From a virus, in IMG/VR virus record IMGVR_UViG_3300045988_095268, positions 1 through 37,831 of that record: a DNA stretch of 37,831 nt. One strand, written 5' to 3'. The translations under genes were made by a program, and so were the position numbers. This document shows positions 32,402-37,831 of this stretch, in pieces (position 1 is the stretch's first letter; every line of letters starts with the position of its first letter). The notes below the pieces were generated by a model. The model saw only the letters and a program-made list of their open reading frames with translations, was not told the origin of the DNA and did no database searches.

Positions 32402-32779
32402 GTGGCGACGACTATTAAACGCATTTACACGCTGGCACTGGCGAAAATCATTGAAGCGCCCGGAACAGACGTTGACTTTGACAGCTACTCGCCGACACTG
32501 CTTGACAGCCTGCTTGTGGAGGCGTTGCCGTACGAGAACGCCATCCGCGCACAGCGCGGTGACGCGGAACTGACAAGCACGCCGGAGGTCACGACGATTG
32601 ACAGCACGGTGCTCGACTGGGACGACCGGATCACGCGCGTTGCGCTGCCGTGGGGTCTGGCGTCCGCCTTGCTGTTCGACGATGAGAACCGCAAGGCCGA
32701 AAGCGTGATGTTTCGCAATGAGTTTGTATCGGCATTGGAGGACGCTGCGCCTGCTGTGCCGGATTACGGGGAGGAGTAA
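32402..32779 (+). CDS. Hypothetical head-tail adaptor/completion-type protein (125 aa)
   Basis: GTG at 32402 sits 7 nt after AGGAGG. The call rests only on position between the capsid and tail genes. Confidence 0.4.
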   Translation: MATTIKRIYTLALAKIIEAPGTDVDFDSYSPTLLDSLLVEALPYENAIRAQRGDAELTSTPEVTTIDSTVLDWDDRITRVALPWGLASALLFDDENRKAESVMFRNEFVSALEDAAPAVPDYGEE

Positions 32780-32782
32780 GCT

Positions 32783-34702
32783 ATGCCGCGTAAGGTTACG
32801 GTGCCGGATTTTACCGAATCCGATGAAGGCACCAAGCACTATAAGCGCTTCAAGGGTTTGGATTACTCAACCGACGAGACCCAGATCGATGACTCACGCT
32901 CGCCGCGTGCGGTAAACGTTATCGCAGACGAGGGCGGCTTTCCCGAGCGGCGCTATGGATGGCGCACGCTGCTGCGGTTTACAGATGCGGACGGCAAGTC
33001 TGTTCCTGTCGCCGGTATTTTTCCCTATGAGAACGACAATGACGAGGAAAACCTGACGCTCATCGTCCATGCGGGCAGCAAGCTGTATGCCGTAAAGCTC
33101 GATGCAGACTACAAGGAAGTAAAGGACAGCCGCAAGGAGCTGCTGGACAAGCTGAACAGTGGCGGCCGCAGCCAGGGCTTTTACATGCACGGCAAGCTGT
33201 TCATCCTGACCGGCGAGCACTACGTTGTTTATGACGGCAAAACCGCCGTACATGCGACAGACGATAACGCCTACTGTCCGCTGACCAGCTATCAGCGCAA
33301 GGCGGCAGGCGGCGGCGAGACCTACGAAAACGTTAATATGCTGTGCAAGTGGCGCAAGAACCGCTTTATCGGAGACGGCACAAGCACGACCTATCAGCTG
33401 GACGTGACCGGCATTGACAAGGACTGCACGCCGACGGCGGCCTATCTAAACGGCAGTGCAATTACTGTGAAAAGCTACGATGCGGAGAAGGGCACGGTGA
33501 CGTTTGAGACAGCACCGAGCGCGCCGGAGAACGCCGGTATCTCCAATTTTGAAGTAAAGTTCGCCAAGACCACCGAGGACCGGAAGAAGATCCTCGGCTG
33601 CACCATCTTTGCGATTTACGGCATGGACGGCAGCAGCAACCGTGTTTTTGTTTCCGGCAACAAGGAGCACGCGGCTATGGAATGGTTTTCCGGCCTGTCT
33701 GACCCGACATATTTCCCCGACATTAACTATTCTGTCGTGGGTTCGAGTGATTTTCCGATTATGTGCTACCTGAAAGCACAAGGTGAATTACTGCTCATCA
33801 AGAAGGACAACCGACAGGAGGGCACGATCTGGCACCACTCGGGAGCAATGCTGAACGATGTGGCAACCTTTCCGCTGAAAGAGGGCGTGCCCGGCTACGG
33901 TGCGATTGCAAAGTATTCCTCGGCAAACCTCAACGATGATCCGCTGTATCTCAGTCCGCGCGGCGTATATGCGCCGACTACGACGTTTTACAACAACATG
34001 CAGGTGCGGCAGTTATTCTGCCGGTCGAGACGTGTCAACCCCAAGCTGTGCAAGGAGCGCAGACTTGCGGACGCTGTAGCCGCCTGCTGGCGCGGCTGGT
34101 ATGTGCTTGTGATCGACGGCTGCGCGTATGTGGCAGACGGCAATCAGGACAAGGCAGACAACGGGTATGAATGGTACTACTGGACGAACGTGCCCGCAAA
34201 GGTGCTCTGTTCACACGAACAGGCGCTGTATTTCGGCACTGAGGACGGCAGAGTTTGCCGGTTTAATGACGATCTTGTAGACGAGAACAATGATATTATG
34301 ATGAACGCGTTCTCGGACGACGGCGCGGCCATTCACACCGAGTGGGCTACCAAGCTCGACACGATGAACACGCCGATGATACTGAAAACTATGCCCAAGC
34401 GCGGCAGCGGCGTACACCTCAAGGCGTACACGCGCAGTGCGGTTGAGATTTGGGTGCGGCTTGAGACTGACCACGGCACGCTGATGAAGCGCGTGACGGC
34501 AGACCGGCTGAATTTTCACTACATCGGATTTGAACGCTTTCCGTTCGGAACGGTAGTAAACTCCATTATTCCGTTCCTGTTCAAGCGCAAGGGCTGGAAG
34601 GCGATTCAGGTCATTCTGCAGTCCGACACGGTGGACGAGGGCTTCGGCGTGCACGAGGTTGTCATTCGGTACTTTATCGCAAAGTACGCAAAGAGACAGT
34701 GA
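32783..34702 (+). CDS. Large tail structural protein (639 aa; tubular-tail/nozzle-type candidate)
   Basis: Supported by size, beta-rich composition, and position between the adaptor-like gene and the fibre genes in a genome without tube/sheath/tape-measure genes. Confidence 0.45.
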   Translation: MPRKVTVPDFTESDEGTKHYKRFKGLDYSTDETQIDDSRSPRAVNVIADEGGFPERRYGWRTLLRFTDADGKSVPVAGIFPYENDNDEENLTLIVHAGSKLYAVKLDADYKEVKDSRKELLDKLNSGGRSQGFYMHGKLFILTGEHYVVYDGKTAVHATDDNAYCPLTSYQRKAAGGGETYENVNMLCKWRKNRFIGDGTSTTYQLDVTGIDKDCTPTAAYLNGSAITVKSYDAEKGTVTFETAPSAPENAGISNFEVKFAKTTEDRKKILGCTIFAIYGMDGSSNRVFVSGNKEHAAMEWFSGLSDPTYFPDINYSVVGSSDFPIMCYLKAQGELLLIKKDNRQEGTIWHHSGAMLNDVATFPLKEGVPGYGAIAKYSSANLNDDPLYLSPRGVYAPTTTFYNNMQVRQLFCRSRRVNPKLCKERRLADAVAACWRGWYVLVIDGCAYVADGNQDKADNGYEWYYWTNVPAKVLCSHEQALYFGTEDGRVCRFNDDLVDENNDIMMNAFSDDGAAIHTEWATKLDTMNTPMILKTMPKRGSGVHLKAYTRSAVEIWVRLETDHGTLMKRVTADRLNFHYIGFERFPFGTVVNSIIPFLFKRKGWKAIQVILQSDTVDEGFGVHEVVIRYFIAKYAKRQ

Positions 34703-34711
34703 GGTGAGGAC

Positions 34712-35746
34712 ATGACGTTTGATGAAAGCAAAATTTCAGCCGAAAAGGCGGCAGAGACCGGCGTGCAGAGCCAGCCGGACGCGCTGACCGGCTCGGCCGA
34801 GGAAAACAAGAAGGTTTTTGATCTGCTGCCGCTGCTTATTATCGAGAGGCTTAACAAGCTGATCGAGGCATTGCAGGCCGCAAACAGCGCCGGACAGATC
34901 GGCGCCGCGGCGTTCCCCAACGTGGCCGGCTGCTCGGTTCAGGAGCAGCTGCAGATCATTCAGAAGAACCTCGAGGACTACCGGGACGCGGTAAAGGTGA
35001 ACGGCGCGGAAAACGTCGGCATGACACCGTTTGACGGCGTGAACGCAAACACCGTGCAGGCGGCGCTCGAGCAGCTGCAGGCAAACCTTGTGCAGTATAT
35101 CAATACTGTTAAATCCGCAGAGGGCGCGGGCAGGGTCGGCATTACGCCGTTCAAGGGCGTGACGAGCGGGACCGTGCAGGCTGCACTTGAGGAAATCCGC
35201 AGACAGATCGACGATGTAACGGCGGGCGTTATCCCGGACTACGGCGTCACCACTATCAAGCTGGCGCTGCAGGCCGTGACGGCGGACAGGCTGGCGCAGG
35301 ATGTGCTTGATATGATCGAGGCCGCAGAGCCGGCACGCAGCACCAACGAGCTGGACGATTACACAATGGAGACCGGCCGCTTTGTCAACGCCGGTGCGGG
35401 ATGGAACACCTTCCGGTTCCGGCATGCGTTTGAGGGCGTGCCGGTCCTGACGGTGACGCCGAAGGAATTCAGCGGTTTTTGCGAGATTAAGAACGTGACT
35501 GCGGAAGGATTCCTCTATTGCCTGCGTCAGCCGAGTTTGCAGGGCGGCAGTGCGACGAAGGGCACGGTGACAACGGCTACCGGCTATATCGGCTCGGACA
35601 CCGGCTCGTCACCCAGTCACAGTCAGATCACCTATGTTTCCGGTGTGACGCTGCCGCAGGTCGTTCTGCCGACGCTCGGCACGATTACAACGGCAGAGAA
35701 GATCGAAATGGATTATATCGCTATTGAGTTTGGAGGTGACGAGTAA
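34712..35746 (+). CDS. Tail fibre / receptor-binding protein (344 aa) with N-terminal fibre repeats and a C-terminal H-type-lectin-like domain
   Basis: Three repeats of the G..(I/V)G..PF.GV...TVQAALE.L type (QIGAAAFPNVAGCSVQEQLQ, NVGMTPFDGVNANTVQAALEQLQ, RVGITPFKGVTSGTVQAALEEIR). The C-terminus GWNTFRFRHAFEGVPVLTVTP...IKNVTAEGFLY is lectin-like. Confidence 0.6.
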   Translation: MTFDESKISAEKAAETGVQSQPDALTGSAEENKKVFDLLPLLIIERLNKLIEALQAANSAGQIGAAAFPNVAGCSVQEQLQIIQKNLEDYRDAVKVNGAENVGMTPFDGVNANTVQAALEQLQANLVQYINTVKSAEGAGRVGITPFKGVTSGTVQAALEEIRRQIDDVTAGVIPDYGVTTIKLALQAVTADRLAQDVLDMIEAAEPARSTNELDDYTMETGRFVNAGAGWNTFRFRHAFEGVPVLTVTPKEFSGFCEIKNVTAEGFLYCLRQPSLQGGSATKGTVTTATGYIGSDTGSSPSHSQITYVSGVTLPQVVLPTLGTITTAEKIEMDYIAIEFGGDE

Positions 35747-37128
35747 TGCTCAAGAAGATTCAGCAGGATTTCAGCTATTACTCGCATGAGTTTAAGGATA
35801 ACTACCGAAAAGGCGTACACCGTCTGCGCACCATCCTTGCCAGCAGGGCACAGGCACAGGCGTTTGTAAGCAATGCGGGCGGCACTGCGGTGGTGCTCGG
35901 CTATGAGCCGAGCGCGCCGGATAAAAACGCACAGGAACTGTATGCGCTGCTTGCGGCTTCGCCGTATATCGACGATGCGGTGCAGACGTTTTTGGGGAGC
36001 ATTTACGAGGCGGGCGCGGAAAGCCAGGATGCGATGTATTCGGATAGTGCCCGCTGTCTGGAAATCCTGCACGATCCAGTAATGGCCCGTGCCGCAGGCG
36101 CAGGCGCGGTAAGCGCCGGAAAATGGATCGCAACTCTGGCGGGACAGAGTTGCAATTTGTACAGGGATATGAACGCGGTTGCCGCCAGCGATATCGCTAT
36201 GACGGCAGTGGCCGCAAGCGAGACTGCGATGGCGGCTGTCATCGGCAACGCAACGGCGCTTAACGCTGTTGTAACTTCTCATGTTGCACTCAATGCTGTT
36301 GCCGCAAGCGAGACTGCGATGGCGGCTGTCATCGGCAACGCAACGGCGCTCAATGTTGTTGCAACCTCTCAGGCTGCGATGAACGCGGTAGCTGCAAGCG
36401 AAACTGCTATGACGGCGCTCATTGCAAACACCGCAGCGTTCAATACGGTGGTGACTTCTCATGTAGCGATGAACGCGGTAGCTTCGTCCTATGTGGCTGT
36501 GGCCGCAGTCTACGAGAGCGCGGTTGCGGTTGAAGCTGTCAAGGCAAATGAAACAGCCTGGGCTACCCTTACGGGAGCGTCCAGCGCAGTTATGGGCAAG
36601 GCCGCGGCGAAGCTGGCCGGTTTGAATCCTGCGGACTATGCCGACATGGATGCGATTGCTGCATCCTCGACCGCTATGGCGGCGATTGCGTCGTCCTCGA
36701 CCGCTATGGCGGCAATCATCGGGAACAGCACTGCGCTTAACGCAGTTGTTTCGTCCTCGACCGCTATGGCGGCGATTGCGTCGTCCTCGACCGCTATGGC
36801 GGCCGTTGCATCGTCCAACACGGCCCGCACAGCTATCACGAACTCTGCAACGGCAAAGAACGCCCTTGCCTCCAGCCCTTTGAAAACAACCGTGACAAAG
36901 GGCAACGGAAACGGTTGGGAGAACCGTACCATCCGCAATGGCATGGGATATCTAATCAGTTGCTACAACGCAAACAGCGGTGGAGAGGCTGGATCTACTT
37001 GGTACAAGTTGGATGGGGCGCAAACCAGCCAGCCCGCAGGCACTACAAATGTGGGGAAATTTTTCACATCTTCCTTGGCAATTTACTGGTGGTCTTCTAC
37101 CTCCAGCGTGACCTATATCCCCTGTTAA
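35746..37128 (+). CDS. Tail fibre protein (460 aa) with a 10-residue-periodic Ala/Ser/Thr repeat shaft and a small C-terminal head domain (expressed cassette A)
   Basis: Its ATG overlaps the previous stop (TAATG), with ggaggtgacgag upstream. About 60% of the protein consists of xxS.TAMxAV-type decamers. The C-terminus is NGNGWENRT...STSSVTYIPC. Confidence 0.7.
   Translation: MLKKIQQDFSYYSHEFKDNYRKGVHRLRTILASRAQAQAFVSNAGGTAVVLGYEPSAPDKNAQELYALLAASPYIDDAVQTFLGSIYEAGAESQDAMYSDSARCLEILHDPVMARAAGAGAVSAGKWIATLAGQSCNLYRDMNAVAASDIAMTAVAASETAMAAVIGNATALNAVVTSHVALNAVAASETAMAAVIGNATALNVVATSQAAMNAVAASETAMTALIANTAAFNTVVTSHVAMNAVASSYVAVAAVYESAVAVEAVKANETAWATLTGASSAVMGKAAAKLAGLNPADYADMDAIAASSTAMAAIASSSTAMAAIIGNSTALNAVVSSSTAMAAIASSSTAMAAVASSNTARTAITNSATAKNALASSPLKTTVTKGNGNGWENRTIRNGMGYLISCYNANSGGEAGSTWYKLDGAQTSQPAGTTNVGKFFTSSLAIYWWSSTSSVTYIPC
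36211..36350 (+). repeat. 90-bp-period tandem coding repeats in the fibre shaft. Two 50-bp perfect copies at 36211-36260 and 36301-36350.
   Basis: gccgcaagcgagactgcgatggcggctgtcatcggcaacgcaacggcgct is repeated exactly. A third, diverged copy starts at 36391. Confidence 0.9.
36664..36803. repeat. Inverted-repeat partner block in fibre gene A. Two copies (36664-36713, 36751-36803) of a 50-53-bp sequence whose exact reverse complement lies in cassette B.
   Basis: tcctcgaccgctatggcggcgattgcgtcgtcctcgaccgctatggcggc. The reverse complement of 37622-37674 equals 36751-36803 (53/53). Confidence 0.95.
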
Positions 37129-37145
37129 AATCGCCGCTCTCAGCT

Positions 37146-37302
37146 ACGCATTAACATTCTAAGACGTACCACGCAACTTTATATAGGCGCTTATGAGGCA
37201 GTTTAAGCTGAATGTTACGTCTGAATACTGCAAAACAACCGAGAAAGCCGGTGAATACGGCGTTATCGCCGCGGTTGCGTGCGCATTAGAATGTTAATGC
37301 GT
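37146..37302. repeat. 17-bp perfect inverted repeats (37146-37162 and 37286-37302) bracketing the spacer between the two convergent fibre cassettes
   Basis: acgcattaacattctaa versus ttagaatgttaatgcgt. The right copy is internally palindromic (cgcatta-gaatgt-taatgcg). A third GAATGTTA copy lies at 37211-37218. Confidence 0.9.
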
Positions 37303-37308
37303 CCTTGC

Positions 37309-37831
37309 TCAGCACTGAAAATAGTCGATCCAATCATCTCTATCAGTATCATTCTTCATGTAGGTAGCAATCTTTTTGTACTGCTTAAAGTAAGCATATT
37401 TACCCTTATAGCTATCCCACTTCGGCTTGCTGCCATCGGACAGGGTGGCATATCCGTATTGAGACGTATCGAAAGCATTATCGTTGCTAATCTGAAGAAT
37501 AATAAACTTGCCGGACAGGCTTGCGCTGGCACCACGCATGCGCTTTTTCTTCGCATAAAGTGCATCTAAAGCCGTTGTGCTGGCAGCAATAGCGCTCAAA
37601 GCTGTACTCGACGCTGCAATCGCCGCCATAGCGGTCGAGGACGACGCAATCGCCGCCATAGCGGTCGAGGACGACGCAATCGCCGCCATAGCGGTCTGGG
37701 ACGACGCGACTGCCGCCATGTTGGCATAGTCTGCCGGGTTCAGACCGGCGGCGCCGACAGCATACTTTGCAGTTGCCATGTCGGATGCTGCGATTGCGTC
37801 CTTCGCTACCTGCGACTTCTCGATAGCCGCC
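37309..37831 (-). CDS. Alternative tail-fibre C-terminal cassette B. The ORF continues across the circular junction to an ATG at bases 79-77, has no RBS, and is probably silent in this orientation.
   Basis: It encodes (M)AAIEKSQVAKDAIAASDMATAKYAVGAAGLNPADYANMAAVASSQTAMAAIASSSTAMAAIASSSTAMAAIAASSTAL... and then a unique 85-aa C-terminus ending IDYFQC. The block is homologous to residues ~285-330 of fibre A. There is no Shine-Dalgarno before either ATG. Confidence 0.65.
   Translation of the reverse strand, partial: AAIEKSQVAKDAIAASDMATAKYAVGAAGLNPADYANMAAVASSQTAMAAIASSSTAMAAIASSSTAMAAIAASSTALSAIAASTTALDALYAKKKRMRGASASLSGKFIILQISNDNAFDTSQYGYATLSDGSKPKWDSYKGKYAYFKQYKKIATYMKNDTDRDDWIDYFQC
37616..37705. 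repeat. Three tandem 30-bp units in cassette B (two perfect, one with 2 mismatches). These are the inverted partners of the fibre A repeats.
   Basis: gcaatcgccgccatagcggtcgaggacgac occurs twice (37616-37645, 37646-37675). gcaatcgccgccatagcggtctgggacgac follows at 37676-37705. Confidence 0.95.
37755..37831. repeat. Terminal direct repeat, copy 2 (identical to 1..77)
   Basis: Exact 77/77 identity with the window start. Confidence 0.9.

Noticed and set aside
37194-37296. A 34-aa ORF (MRQFKLNVTSEYCKTTEKAGEYGVIAAVACALEC) in the spacer between the two cassettes.
   Set aside because: It has no convincing RBS, is very short, and ends inside the 17-bp inverted repeat. Nothing supports it beyond being open.
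36211-37705. Diversity-generating retroelement (template/variable repeat pair) as the explanation for the repeated fibre sequences.
   Set aside because: No reverse transcriptase gene exists anywhere in the genome. The repeat copies are identical rather than differing at adenines, and they are inverted in-frame coding repeats.

Overview
This window is a complete, circularly closed phage genome of about 37,754 bp. Bases 1-77 are identical to 37755-37831, and one ORF reads across that junction. By eye it is high-GC (high-50s %), with Gram-positive-style AGGAGG ribosome-binding sites. I see no tail tube, sheath or tape-measure set, so the virion looks podovirus-like.

Layout in circular order:
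- **Late/structural module (25.2-37.1 kb, + strand):** TerS, TerL, a membrane-anchored coiled-coil ORF, portal, two small ORFs, a ~400-nt ORF-free and heavily structured region, scaffold, major capsid protein (with a C-terminal Ig-like add-on), adaptor-like protein, a 639-aa tail protein, and two fibre proteins.
- **Fibre switch candidate:** a start-less, minus-strand alternative fibre C-terminal cassette shares 50-53-bp perfect inverted repeats with the last fibre gene. It sits next to a XerC/D-type tyrosine recombinase (166-1146).
- **Lysis cassette (1.7-3.0 kb):** membrane coiled-coil protein, holin, amidase.
- **Large virion-type proteins:** a Gly/Ser- and Gln/Ala-rich 451-aa protein, then a 2335-aa giant protein ending in an M23 peptidase domain.
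- **Lysogeny module on the minus strand:** large serine recombinase, membrane protein, XRE cI-like repressor. It faces a Cro-like gene across a switch with two near-consensus divergent promoters.
- **Early region (14.8-20.9 kb):** many small ORFs plus PcfK-like, PcfJ-like, DUF3102-like and MazG-like proteins.
- **Antisense four-gene operon (20.9-22.8 kb).**
- **Replication and late control:** an HUH rolling-circle Rep preceded by paired palindromic repeats, a sigma-70 region-4-like late regulator, and a small serine recombinase with a res-like palindrome cluster upstream.

No rRNA, tRNA, CRISPR array or reverse transcriptase was recognised.

Most interesting items: (1) the candidate invertible tail-fibre (host-range) switch, (2) the three-module ornate noncoding RNA/DNA structure at 29824-30221, (3) the antisense operon of unknown function, and (4) three recombinases of three different classes in one small genome.

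All family assignments come from motif recognition by eye. No database search was run.
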